This document shows positions 1-8,615 of a DNA stretch of 43,087 nt, in pieces. This stretch comes from a bacterium (GTDB lineage Bacteria; Patescibacteriota; Minisyncoccia; Minisyncoccales; UBA10102), in assembly GCA_030647485.1 (NCBI GenBank), contig JAUSJT010000004.1, positions 1 to 43,087 on the forward strand, in the 5' to 3' direction. The notes below the pieces were generated by a model. It did not search any database. It was not told the origin of the DNA and saw nothing but the letters and a program-made list of their open reading frames with translations. The translations under genes were made by a program, and so were the position numbers. How positions within the stretch are numbered: the first letter of the stretch is position 1; each line of letters starts with the position of its first letter.

Positions 1-3000
1 GGCAACGTCGGCATCAACGATACAACTCCTGATGGACTTTTGGATCTTGATAGCTCCGCAACTGCTACCAATGTACTTGGCATTACAAATACAGCAATAT
101 TCACAGGAACAGGAACCTCATCGGTAGCACAAATTACCGCAAACTCTCTCACCGCTGGTACTGGTATTACTCTTTCTATTACCGGCCTCACCACAGGCAC
201 AGGACTTTCCATTGCAGGAGGAGGAGCGAACCTCGCGGCAGGAGGCGAACTCATAGACCTTGTCATGGGGCTGGCAACCGCAGGCAACGGCATGAACATC
301 ACTTCAACAGGAGCATACGCTGGAACAGGACTTCTTCTCCTGACCGCAGACTCTGCAACCGGAGGCACCATACAGGCAATCACTGCCGACGCCCTTACCA
401 CGGGAACAGGCCTTGCGGTTTCTTCAGATTCCAATGAAGCGCTGGCAGCAGGCAGACTTGCGAGCTTTGTCCATTCCGCAGTTGGAACAGCCGTGGTTGC
501 AAAGACCGGCAGCTTATTCTCTCTCACCTCATCAATTACAGAATCCGGCACTAGCACCCAAGACTTTGACGCGGCGTCCTTCGTACGCACCAGCATTCAC
601 GACACAGCCGGAACCCTTACTGCCACAGGTTCAGTGTTGTACATTGAGAACGTAGCAACCCAGACTGCCGCAACCCTTGCAGACACCACGAAAGGCATTG
701 AGGTAGTAATGGATGCAGACGGCACAGGAGACGGCATTGAGGTTACGCACAACGCTCTTACCGGAGTTGCCCTTGACGTCATATCCCTTGCAAACACAGG
801 TTCGGGGCAGGTGATCACAGCCAACTCGCTGACCACAGGCACCGGCCTAAGAGTTATTTCCTCCGGAGTCATTGCAACCACAGGAGAGCTTGTGGAGTTC
901 ACTGCTTCAGGAGCAACCACGACAACAGGAGCTGTGCGTCTTACAACCGCTGTTCTCTCAACCGGAACAGCCTTGCTCGTGCAGACCAACACTGCAGCCT
1001 TTACCACAGGAGGCAAGGCAATAGAGATTGACCTTGTTGCCGCAGTAGCAGGAAACGGTCTTACCATTGCAACCACCGGAGTATATACCGGCACTGGCCT
1101 TCTCACCATCACAGCCAACGGCCTTACCACAGGCACAGGTCTTGCCATCAGTTCAACCGCTACAGGGCTCACCACAGGCAGTCTGCTCTCGGTCACCACT
1201 TCAACCACTGGAGCTGTTGCCACGAATGGCGTTGTGTCCATATCCTCTTCTGGAGCCTTTACCTCAACCTCTAATGCAGGTCTCTTGAATGTTGCAGCCA
1301 CAGGGCTTGTGGGCACAGGCACCATGGTAAACATCAATCCCTCAAACGTCTCTCAACTTACCAACACCGCCCTGAACATATCCCAAACAGGCGTGACAAC
1401 CGGATACACCGGCACCTTGGTTTCCATCAGCTCAACCTCAACAACAGGAGCTGCCACGTTCTTTGCAATCACTGACAACGTTGCCACTGTTGCCACTGGC
1501 CAAGCAATTTCCATGACAGGCCTCACCACAGGCACAGGACTTTCCATTGCAGGAGGAGGAGCGAACCTCGCGGCAGGAGGCGAACTCATAGACCTTGTCA
1601 TGGGAGCTGCTACTGCAGGGAATGGACTTACGGTGAGCACTACAGGCGCCTACACAGGAACAGGATTGGTGGTTCTCACTGCGAACAGTTTGACCACAGG
1701 CATTGCGTTGAGCATACCTCACACTACCTCGGTCATTGCCAGCGGAGGATCTCTTGCCAGAATATCCTCCACTTCCATAGATACCAGCACAACCACAGGA
1801 GTGCTGCTTGACCTCTCTTCCACCGCATCTCTTGCCGGAACCCAGTTCTTACAAACATACTCTGGTTTAACTACAGGCATTGGACAGTCCATAGTAACTA
1901 ACGCCTTGACCACAGGAACAGCGTTAAATATCAGTTCCACATCTACTGCAGGAGGAGCAAGCGGAGTTTCAAAACTTCTCAACCTTGCAAGGTCAGGGGC
2001 TAATGCCCAGCTTGCGCACACCGCATACGGTCTGTACTCCGCGGTTACCAATACCAACGCAACTTCTGGCACCAATGTCGCGGGATACTTTTCCGCATCT
2101 GGTGCAACCACTGCAAACTACGCCATTCAGGTGGCGCAGAACAACTGGATTGGCGGCATAGACAGCGCAACAACCGGAGTAGTGCGAATGTTTAAGATAA
2201 ACGCTTCAGATCAAATTCAAGTGGGAGCTGCCTTAAGCATGGACGGGGGCATTACCCTTCCAACAGACGCGGGAGCCGTAACGTTGGTTGACCTGCCCCT
2301 TAGTCTTACCTCGTCAACTGCGAATTCCTATACCTTCAAAATAGGTTCCGACAATATCTTAACAATATATGGGGAGTCTGGCGCAACAGCAGGCCTTTTG
2401 TATAACGGTAGGGTGGGCATTGGCGACATTACTCCAGATGCTATCTTTGACATAGACGGAACAGCAATATCCGGTGGCATTGGAACAGTTCTCGTCACCC
2501 CAGGAGCCCATACCGCAGTCGTTGCAGAAGTGATTGATATATCTGTTGCTGCGCATACAAATACCATCACAGGAGCTATTACAACTCAAAGATTCACTAA
2601 CTTTGCACAGCCAGTCATCTCTGCTGCTTCTGGCCTTACCGTCACTACCGCAGCCAATATTGCTATCGCAGGAACTCCCAACCCAACAGGAGCGGGGCCA
2701 GCTACTATTACTAATGCATTTGGCTTAATGCTTGGAACCGCCCTTGCAACTGTTCCTGCGTATAGCGCTTCTAACGCAACTACTATTACCAGTGCCGCCA
2801 TGCTCTATGTTGCTGGTGCTCCTGTAACAGGAGGTAATGTTACAGTAACCAATGGCTATGCTCTCTGGGTAGACGGGGGAAAGACGCGATTAGATGGAGG
2901 AGGCACATCTGCCCAAGCTAGCGCAGCAGGCGGAGTATTAGAAATACAAGCGTCCACCGTTAATGGAAACAATGCCAGTAGCACTATTGCCATTGGAGCG

Positions 3001-4731
3001 TCAGTGTCTATAGGCGTGACAACCTATACGAACAATACCGCTACCCTAACAATGACTAATGCCGCAAGTATGTATATTGCAGGAATACCTGTGGCAAGTA
3101 CAAATGTAGCGTTCACAAATCCTGCCTACGCCCTCTGGGTGGATGCGGGAACGAGCAGGTTTGACGGCGCAGTAACCTATGGCTCCCAAGCTACATTCAC
3201 CGATTCGGATGCCACTCCTGATGTTTCTGCGGGTTCCCATTTTATAACCAACACCACGGCAGTAACCATTACCGACTTTGACGCGGGGGCTGGAACCTTG
3301 CAGGCAGGCCATATTATATATGTAGAGAGTAATGGAACCATTACCTATGATGTTGACGGGGGTCTTCTTGAAGCTGGGGCAGTTGACTTGGTGACTGCAG
3401 CAGGAGATCTTACTACTTGGATATACGATGGAGTTGATGACTGGATCCTTGTTTCCTGGATGAAGAATTCTGCCACCCAAACCGGCGCTGACGTTGCAGA
3501 ACTTTTCCCAAGCCAAGAGCAGCTTGAACCAGGAGATGTGGTGTCTGCTGACACCGGATATCCAGTGAATGTGAAAAAGAGCGTGGCAAAGTATGAGAGA
3601 CAGCTTCTCGGTGTTGTGTCCACCCAGCCCCATATTACGCTTGGTCAAGGCACCGAAGGCACCACCTATCCTATAGCTCTTGCAGGACGCGTGCCAGTGA
3701 AGGTTTCGCTTGAGAACGGCCCGATTGTCATTGGCGATCATCTTACTTCTTCTACTATTCCTGGAGTTGCAATGAAAGCTACGTCTACGGGGAACACCAT
3801 AGGTATTGCCTTGGGAGCATACGACGGCACACAGCTAGAAGCAAAGATTATGGTGTTTATTCAGCTTGGCTGGCAAGGAGGGAGCGCCTTGAGCGTGTAT
3901 CAAAACGCAGACGGCACTCTTTCTTATGAGGCTCTTACGGTTAAGGCAGGCTTTGAAGAGCTCGGTTTTACAATAACAGGGCAGGGAGAGCTTCAGGTTA
4001 ACAAACTTACGACACAAGAACTTTGCGTGGGAGCAACCTGTATCACCGAAACCACCCTCTTAAACTTAATGGGATTAAGTTCTCCACAGCCTGGCACCAC
4101 ATTGGCGGTAGAAGAACAGAATAGCCAGCTTGTAAACACAACTCCTCTCCAGACGCAGTTAGCCGAGCTGGGCTTGGTAGTAAACACCAACGGGGCATTG
4201 GAGGTAAACATCTTAAAAGCCCAGCGGGTGGAGATTACCAGTCCTTATGGCCTTACTATATATGATGTAGTGACGGGTCAGCCCCAGTGCGTGTTCTCGC
4301 AAGAAGGCCAGCTAAGAACTATTGCAGGCAAATGCGACGGCATTGTAGCCAACGTACAGCCTAGTGGAAGTGAGACTTCACCCGGAGGGGGCAGTCTCAC
4401 TTCGGCCCCAATAGAGGAGCCAGTAGCCCCAGCTCCAAGCCCAGTTAGCAGTGAAGTCGAACCTCAATCAGCAGAGGGCGGTTCGACTTCGACACTAATA
4501 GAGCCAGAACCAGCTCCCGCGCCAGTGCCAAGCCCTGAACCAATCCTAGAGCCTGCCTCAGTCTTAGAGCCAACTCTTGAGCCCACGCCTACGCCAAGTC
4601 CTGAACCAGCTCCAACCCCAGAGTCTGTTCTAGAACCTGCCCCAGCCCCTGCCCCAGAACCAGCTCCTGCCCCAGCTCCTGAACCAACCCCCGAACCTAT
4701 TCCATCAGAAACCTCAGCAGTCATTCAGTAA
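1..4731 (+). CDS. Giant Thr/Gly/Ala-rich surface/fibre protein (5'-partial), with a peptidase_G2/intramolecular-chaperone-like autocleavage domain and a Pro-Glu-rich tail
   Basis: Frame is open from base 1 (GNVGINDTTPDGLLD...), so the true start is upstream. Repeated LTTGTGL motifs; GADVAELF...LGVVSTQP...PIALAGRVPVKV...GDHLTSS block; (EPAP/EPTP)n tail. Confidence 0.75.
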   Translation, partial: GNVGINDTTPDGLLDLDSSATATNVLGITNTAIFTGTGTSSVAQITANSLTAGTGITLSITGLTTGTGLSIAGGGANLAAGGELIDLVMGLATAGNGMNITSTGAYAGTGLLLLTADSATGGTIQAITADALTTGTGLAVSSDSNEALAAGRLASFVHSAVGTAVVAKTGSLFSLTSSITESGTSTQDFDAASFVRTSIHDTAGTLTATGSVLYIENVATQTAATLADTTKGIEVVMDADGTGDGIEVTHNALTGVALDVISLANTGSGQVITANSLTTGTGLRVISSGVIATTGELVEFTASGATTTTGAVRLTTAVLSTGTALLVQTNTAAFTTGGKAIEIDLVAAVAGNGLTIATTGVYTGTGLLTITANGLTTGTGLAISSTATGLTTGSLLSVTTSTTGAVATNGVVSISSSGAFTSTSNAGLLNVAATGLVGTGTMVNINPSNVSQLTNTALNISQTGVTTGYTGTLVSISSTSTTGAATFFAITDNVATVATGQAISMTGLTTGTGLSIAGGGANLAAGGELIDLVMGAATAGNGLTVSTTGAYTGTGLVVLTANSLTTGIALSIPHTTSVIASGGSLARISSTSIDTSTTTGVLLDLSSTASLAGTQFLQTYSGLTTGIGQSIVTNALTTGTALNISSTSTAGGASGVSKLLNLARSGANAQLAHTAYGLYSAVTNTNATSGTNVAGYFSASGATTANYAIQVAQNNWIGGIDSATTGVVRMFKINASDQIQVGAALSMDGGITLPTDAGAVTLVDLPLSLTSSTANSYTFKIGSDNILTIYGESGATAGLLYNGRVGIGDITPDAIFDIDGTAISGGIGTVLVTPGAHTAVVAEVIDISVAAHTNTITGAITTQRFTNFAQPVISAASGLTVTTAANIAIAGTPNPTGAGPATITNAFGLMLGTALATVPAYSASNATTITSAAMLYVAGAPVTGGNVTVTNGYALWVDGGKTRLDGGGTSAQASAAGGVLEIQASTVNGNNASSTIAIGASVSIGVTTYTNNTATLTMTNAASMYIAGIPVASTNVAFTNPAYALWVDAGTSRFDGAVTYGSQATFTDSDATPDVSAGSHFITNTTAVTITDFDAGAGTLQAGHIIYVESNGTITYDVDGGLLEAGAVDLVTAAGDLTTWIYDGVDDWILVSWMKNSATQTGADVAELFPSQEQLEPGDVVSADTGYPVNVKKSVAKYERQLLGVVSTQPHITLGQGTEGTTYPIALAGRVPVKVSLENGPIVIGDHLTSSTIPGVAMKATSTGNTIGIALGAYDGTQLEAKIMVFIQLGWQGGSALSVYQNADGTLSYEALTVKAGFEELGFTITGQGELQVNKLTTQELCVGATCITETTLLNLMGLSSPQPGTTLAVEEQNSQLVNTTPLQTQLAELGLVVNTNGALEVNILKAQRVEITSPYGLTIYDVVTGQPQCVFSQEGQLRTIAGKCDGIVANVQPSGSETSPGGGSLTSAPIEEPVAPAPSPVSSEVEPQSAEGGSTSTLIEPEPAPAPVPSPEPILEPASVLEPTLEPTPTPSPEPAPTPESVLEPAPAPAPEPAPAPAPEPTPEPIPSETSAVIQ
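184..1604 (+). repeat. Identical 86-nt direct repeat (184-269 and 1519-1604) inside the giant gene
   Basis: ggcctcaccacaggcacaggactttcc...gaccttgtcatggg occurs twice with no mismatch. Confidence 0.9.
4367..4490. repeat. Two REP-like inverted doublets inside the giant gene 3' end
   Basis: GAAGTGAGACT (4367-4377) / AGTCTCACTTC (4393-4403) and GAAGTCGAACC (4453-4463) / GGTTCGACTTC (4480-4490) are both perfect 11-bp inverted repeats. Confidence 0.75.
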
Positions 4732-4737
4732 TATGCT

Positions 4738-4854
4738 ATGAGAAAACTTTTTCTTCGTTCACCCATCATAATTATTCTTCTTGGGGTATCCCTTTTGCTC
4801 GGTGGTGGGCTTGGCTATGCCTTCTTTTTCGGGGTGCTCCCCGTTAGAAATTAA
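4738..4854 (+). pseudogene. 38-codon ORF, probable truncated N-terminal anchor of a LamG-protein paralogue
   Basis: MRKLFLRSPIIIILLGVSLLLGGGLGYAFFFGVLPVRN resembles the N-terminus of 5149..6558 (MKKRLFTIPVIAIIIFVLIGAGTAFSMIFFGG). Similarity ends where the inverted repeat begins. Confidence 0.5.
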
Positions 4855-5139
4855 TATATGATGTGGTACACTTATGTATTGAAAAGTAAAAAGGATAATC
4901 AATGGTATACAGGATATACCGAAGATTTGCGAAAAAGATTTTCAGATCACAACAAGGGCCTTGTCTATGCAACAAGAAAACGCAGACCTTTTACCCTCAT
5001 CTATTACGAAGCATGTATAGATGAACGCGATGCAAAAATGCGAGAGCAATATTTAAAATCAGGACAAGGTAAAAGGTATATTAAGAACAGGTTAAAATTC
5101 TTTTTCGCAAATCAATAATTTCTAACGGGGCTACCCCGA
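4829..5139. mobile_element. Putative GIY-YIG cassette bounded by terminal inverted repeats
   Basis: TCGGGGTGCTCCCCGTTAGAAATTA (4829-4853) and TAATTTCTAACGGGGCTACCCCGA (5116-5139), with a perfect 15-bp core. Confidence 0.6.
4858..5118 (+). CDS. Stand-alone GIY-YIG nuclease family protein
   Basis: YTYVL...WYTGYTEDLRKRFSDHNKG...YYE...REQYLKSGQG; 86 aa. Confidence 0.9.
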   Translation: MMWYTYVLKSKKDNQWYTGYTEDLRKRFSDHNKGLVYATRKRRPFTLIYYEACIDERDAKMREQYLKSGQGKRYIKNRLKFFFANQ

Positions 5140-5148
5140 TAAAAATCT

Positions 5149-6558
5149 ATGAAGAAGAGATTGTTTACTATTCCAGTTATTGCCATCATTATATTCGTCC
5201 TCATTGGAGCAGGTACTGCCTTTTCAATGATTTTTTTCGGGGGCACCAGCGTGAATCTCCAAAAAGGATTGGTAGGCTGGTGGAAAATGGATGGCAATGC
5301 CAAAGACGCAACCCCCAATAGTAATCATGGAACATTAGTTAACAATACAGTTCTAACAACAGACCGCAAAGGACAGACGGACAAAGCGTACAGCTTCCCC
5401 CAATCGGGGACTCTTGATTCTATAGGTCTGGGGACAGGCTCAATTCTAAACCCAGGAACAAGTGATTTCACTTATGCTTTTTGGGCTAACGGAACATCCT
5501 CTGGTTGGGGGGAAATTTTGAATAAAGCTAATGGTGATTATTCTGTCTTAACAGCTGGCTTTAATATCACTTTCAGGTCTGGCCCGCCTGCCTATATTGT
5601 ATATACGCATTCCGCCTATGACAATGGGGTGACGTGGTCAAATGTTACAAATATGACTGATGGTACTTGGCATCACTGGGCTATTGTCGGCAATAGAGCG
5701 GCAGGGACCGTTATATTATACAAAGATGGCGTGAGTCAAGGAGCGAATAGTCCTGGCGGCAGTTTTACCACGGCAAATATCACGACTTCTAGCCCAATGA
5801 ATTTTGGCAACCAAGTTCCATTCTGGACAAGCAGAGTATACACAGGTTCCATGGATGATGTTCGTATCTACAACCGCGCCCTGTCTGCAACTGAAATCAC
5901 CGCATTGTATGAATCCTACAACCCCGGCATCGTGATATCAGACCTCCAAAAAGGCCTTGTTGGAAACTGGAAAATGGACGGCAACGCCAAGGACTCAACC
6001 CCCAACAGCAACCACGGCACAGTAACAGGCGCAACTCTCACCACCGACCGCAAGGGCCAAACCAACAAGGCGTATAGTTTTAACGGAACGACTAATTATG
6101 TGAGTGTTCCTACGTCAAGTTCATTGCAAATTACAGGATCCGTTTCCATAAGCGTATGGGTTAATGCAGCTACCCAGGCAGGAGATGTCCGCATCGTGAA
6201 TAAAGAGAGCGCCGCGGATACTGATGGATACGCTCTTGGTTTGGCTTCAAACAATATTGCGGGGAAAATTGGCGATGGAACGAATTGTTATCTCAACTCG
6301 ACCAGCGCCGTTTCTACGGGTGCCTGGAATCATCTTGTTATGACGGGAGATGGCGTTACGATGAAAATGTATATCAATGGAGTACAAATTTCGCAAACAA
6401 AAAGCTGCGGTAGTGTAGCGTCAAATACTTCAATTCTCGCGATAGGCGCCCGTTACAGTGCTACCCAGTTTTTTACTGGAAGCATAGACGACGTTCGCAT
6501 CTACAACCGCGCGCTGTCTGCGACGGAAGTTTTGGCATTGTACGAAAGCTATCGCTAA
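5149..6558 (+). CDS. Membrane-anchored protein with two LamG/concanavalin-like domains
   Basis: N-terminal TM segment; two GLVGxWKMDGNAKD...WxH...GS(M/I)DDVRIYNRALS units. Confidence 0.9.
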   Translation: MKKRLFTIPVIAIIIFVLIGAGTAFSMIFFGGTSVNLQKGLVGWWKMDGNAKDATPNSNHGTLVNNTVLTTDRKGQTDKAYSFPQSGTLDSIGLGTGSILNPGTSDFTYAFWANGTSSGWGEILNKANGDYSVLTAGFNITFRSGPPAYIVYTHSAYDNGVTWSNVTNMTDGTWHHWAIVGNRAAGTVILYKDGVSQGANSPGGSFTTANITTSSPMNFGNQVPFWTSRVYTGSMDDVRIYNRALSATEITALYESYNPGIVISDLQKGLVGNWKMDGNAKDSTPNSNHGTVTGATLTTDRKGQTNKAYSFNGTTNYVSVPTSSSLQITGSVSISVWVNAATQAGDVRIVNKESAADTDGYALGLASNNIAGKIGDGTNCYLNSTSAVSTGAWNHLVMTGDGVTMKMYINGVQISQTKSCGSVASNTSILAIGARYSATQFFTGSIDDVRIYNRALSATEVLALYESYR

Positions 6559-6580
6559 AGCGCATGAATCCTCCGTTTCC

Positions 6581-6698
6581 AACTAAATTCCATTTAGTTA
6601 TCCACAGCTAAACGTCCACAGCTAAACGAGATTTAAGCACTAGCAAAACATTTGCACATAAACTTATAATAGAATGGCACTACTAAATCTCATTTAAG
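6581..6698. repeat. Hairpin/DnaA-box-like repeat copy with a 14-nt tandem duplication, plus a solo hairpin
   Basis: AACTAAAT-TCC-ATTTAGTT (6581-6599); TTATCCACA (6598-6606); TCCACAGCTAAACG x2 (6601-6628); CTAAAT-CTC-ATTTA (6683-6696). Confidence 0.75.
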
Positions 6699-6709
6699 AA
6701 TAACAAGAA

Positions 6710-6796
6710 ATGATAAGGAAAAAGTTTGAGCAAGGTAATATTTATCACGTGTATAATAGAGGCGTTGAAAAACGCGACGTTTTTCTTCTGCTTTAG
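6710..6796 (+). pseudogene. Truncated 5' fragment of a RAYT-like transposase
   Basis: MIRKKFEQGNIYHVYNRGVEKRDVFLLL* versus MKRVRFEKGKIYHVYNRGVEKRSIFL of 6967..7686. Confidence 0.8.
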
Positions 6797-6957
6797 AATC
6801 CTGCCTAAGTCAATCCTGCCTAAGCCTCGCTCAATCCTGCCTAAGCCTCGCTTAGTTATCCCCACCTAAGCGAGGCTTAGGTGGTAGCCAGGACCCTTTC
6901 TTTAAGATTATAATTATGAATATAAGAGAATCCTAAGCCTCGCTTAGGCAAGCTTAG
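6797..6957. repeat. REP-like hairpin cluster CCTAAGC-CTC/GAG-GCTTAGG
   Basis: Three AATCCTGCCTAAG units of increasing length; doublet 6840-6881 with TTATCCCCA linker; further copy at 6932-6948. Confidence 0.9.
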
Positions 6958-6966
6958 ACGATTGTT

Positions 6967-7686
6967 ATGAAACGGGTTCGATTTGAAAAAGGGAAAATTT
7001 ATCACGTATATAATCGAGGCGTTGAGAAACGGTCCATTTTTCTCTCCGAGGGCGATCGCTGGAGATTTCTTCAAGGTCTGTATTTATTTAATGATGAAAC
7101 TGGATCTGCCAATCTTTTGTATCGTCTTGAACAAGAAAAAGGCAAGATGCACTTTGGTATTTTGCGCGAGTATATGGCCCGGCACGGCGCTAAACGGAAA
7201 CCATTGGTTCGCATTATGGCAGATTGCTTGAAATCAAATCACTTTCATATGGCAATTGAAGAAACAACGGAAAACGGCATTTCAAGATTTATGCAGAAAT
7301 TGGGCACTGGTTATACAAAGTACTTTAATACTAAGTACGAACGAGTAGGTCCTTTATTCCAGGGCCCATTCAAGGCAGTAGAGGTGAAGAGCGATGAACA
7401 GCTTATGTATCTTCTTGCGTACATAAACGCAATCAATCCAGGACAGGAACTGGAACCGGAACTGAAGTCTGCCGCGCAAAACCCCGAAGAAATATTGAGT
7501 TTTATAGAGGATCATTTTCTGTGGAGCACGCACTTGGAATATCTTGGGAAGCGCGATTCTATTATCGTTGACAAGGGTATTGCAGGTGAGCTTTTTTCTA
7601 GCCCTGTACGATACAGGAAGTTCATAGCAGATATTATACGAGGTAAACAAAGATCGGGATTGCAGGATAATCTCCTGTTAGATTAA
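6967..7686 (+). CDS. HUH/Y1 tyrosine transposase (RAYT/IS200-like)
   Basis: YHVYNRGVEKR, HUH motif NHFH, YFNTKYERVGPLFQGPFK, YINAINP; flanked by hairpins. Confidence 0.85.
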   Translation: MKRVRFEKGKIYHVYNRGVEKRSIFLSEGDRWRFLQGLYLFNDETGSANLLYRLEQEKGKMHFGILREYMARHGAKRKPLVRIMADCLKSNHFHMAIEETTENGISRFMQKLGTGYTKYFNTKYERVGPLFQGPFKAVEVKSDEQLMYLLAYINAINPGQELEPELKSAAQNPEEILSFIEDHFLWSTHLEYLGKRDSIIVDKGIAGELFSSPVRYRKFIADIIRGKQRSGLQDNLLLD

Positions 7687-7688
7687 TT

Positions 7689-7712
7689 TGTTGATAACTT
7701 AACCAGGCTAAG
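7689..7712. repeat. Half copy of the hairpin/DnaA-box-like repeat
   Basis: TGTTGATAA-CTTAAC-CAG-GCTAAG immediately after the transposase stop codon. Confidence 0.6.
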
Positions 7713-7715
7713 GAT

Positions 7716-8501
7716 ATGAGAGAGATGTTGGAAAAAGTGAGGAATGGGGTGCTTGGAACAAACGGAGTACTGGGCAGAGTAGGCAGGGGTATTTTAGACG
7801 TGGTGTTTCCGGTACGATGTGTTGGGTGTGGAGAAGAAGGACACTATATATGTAGGAGATGTGAAGGTTTTACAAGTGAAGCTGCTTTGATTTGCCCTTT
7901 GTGCCAGCAATCTAGCTTGACTGGAGAACGCCACGAGAATTGCAGGTCACTGTATGGGTTAGAGGGTTTGGCAAGCGTGTGGGAATACGAGGGGGTGGTG
8001 AAAAGTCTTCTTCATAATATAAAGTACAATGGCATGACCCATGCGATTGCAGAAACAGTTCAGAGCGCATATATAAGCATGGCAGGCGATACAATGCGAT
8101 TTAAAACATTTCTCTCTTATTTGTTTTCCAAAGACACCTGCATAACATATGTGCCAATGTTTAAGAGAAAAGAAAAGTTCCGCGGTTTTAACCAGGCTAC
8201 TGTATTTGCAAGAGAAATGGGAAAAGTAGTTAAGAGGGAGGCGGTTTCTTTACTCGAAAAAATAGTAGATACAAAACCGCAGGTAGATCTTACAAAAGAA
8301 GAACGGTTGCAAAACCTGAAAGGGGCCTTTCAAGTAAAATTCGAAATCCCTGCCTCGCCGGCAGGCAGGCGAATCCCCAAAAACGTTGTACTTGTTGATG
8401 ACGTCTGGACTACCGGTGCTACTATGAAAGAGTGTTGCAAAGTTTTGAAAAAGTCGGGAATCCAGCAGGTATGGGGTTTTACGGTGGCGAGAACACCTTG
8501 A
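7716..8501 (+). CDS. comF: ComF family protein (zinc ribbon + phosphoribosyltransferase)
   Basis: FPVRCVGC...CRRC...CPLC; RGFNQA; VVLVDDVWTTGATM. Confidence 0.9.
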   Translation: MREMLEKVRNGVLGTNGVLGRVGRGILDVVFPVRCVGCGEEGHYICRRCEGFTSEAALICPLCQQSSLTGERHENCRSLYGLEGLASVWEYEGVVKSLLHNIKYNGMTHAIAETVQSAYISMAGDTMRFKTFLSYLFSKDTCITYVPMFKRKEKFRGFNQATVFAREMGKVVKREAVSLLEKIVDTKPQVDLTKEERLQNLKGAFQVKFEIPASPAGRRIPKNVVLVDDVWTTGATMKECCKVLKKSGIQQVWGFTVARTP

Positions 8502-8510
8502 TAGAGAACT

Positions 8511-8580
8511 AAAACCGAGCACCCAATTGAGTGCTCGGCACTGGCGATCTCGCACAGTACGAGATTCCGGCTTGCCATCC
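8511..8580 (-). ncRNA. Candidate ~70-nt small RNA
   Basis: Lies between a near-consensus promoter and the terminator hairpin CCGAGCAC/GTGCTCGG + TTTT; internal hairpin ATCTCG/CGAGAT. Confidence 0.5.
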
Positions 8581-8586
8581 ATTATT

Positions 8587-8615
8587 ATTCTACCAACCCC
8601 GGGCATAGCTGTCAA
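8587..8615 (-). promoter_or_regulatory. Sigma70-type promoter
   Basis: TTGACA-17 nt-TAGAAT on the minus strand. Confidence 0.65.

Noticed and set aside
184-1604. Diversity-generating retroelement TR/VR pair
   Set aside because: Copies are identical with no adenine-specific differences, and there is no reverse transcriptase in the window.
597-4724. Antisense ORFs over the giant gene (and similar ones over rpoBC and uvrA)
   Set aside because: Shadow frames produced by codon bias; no recognisable motifs.
6598-6864. Replication origin from DnaA boxes
   Set aside because: Boxes are single, embedded in dispersed repeats (also inside uvrC), and dnaA/dnaN are not in the window.
6797-6957. CRISPR array
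   Set aside because: Units abut without unique spacers of regular length; no cas genes in the window.
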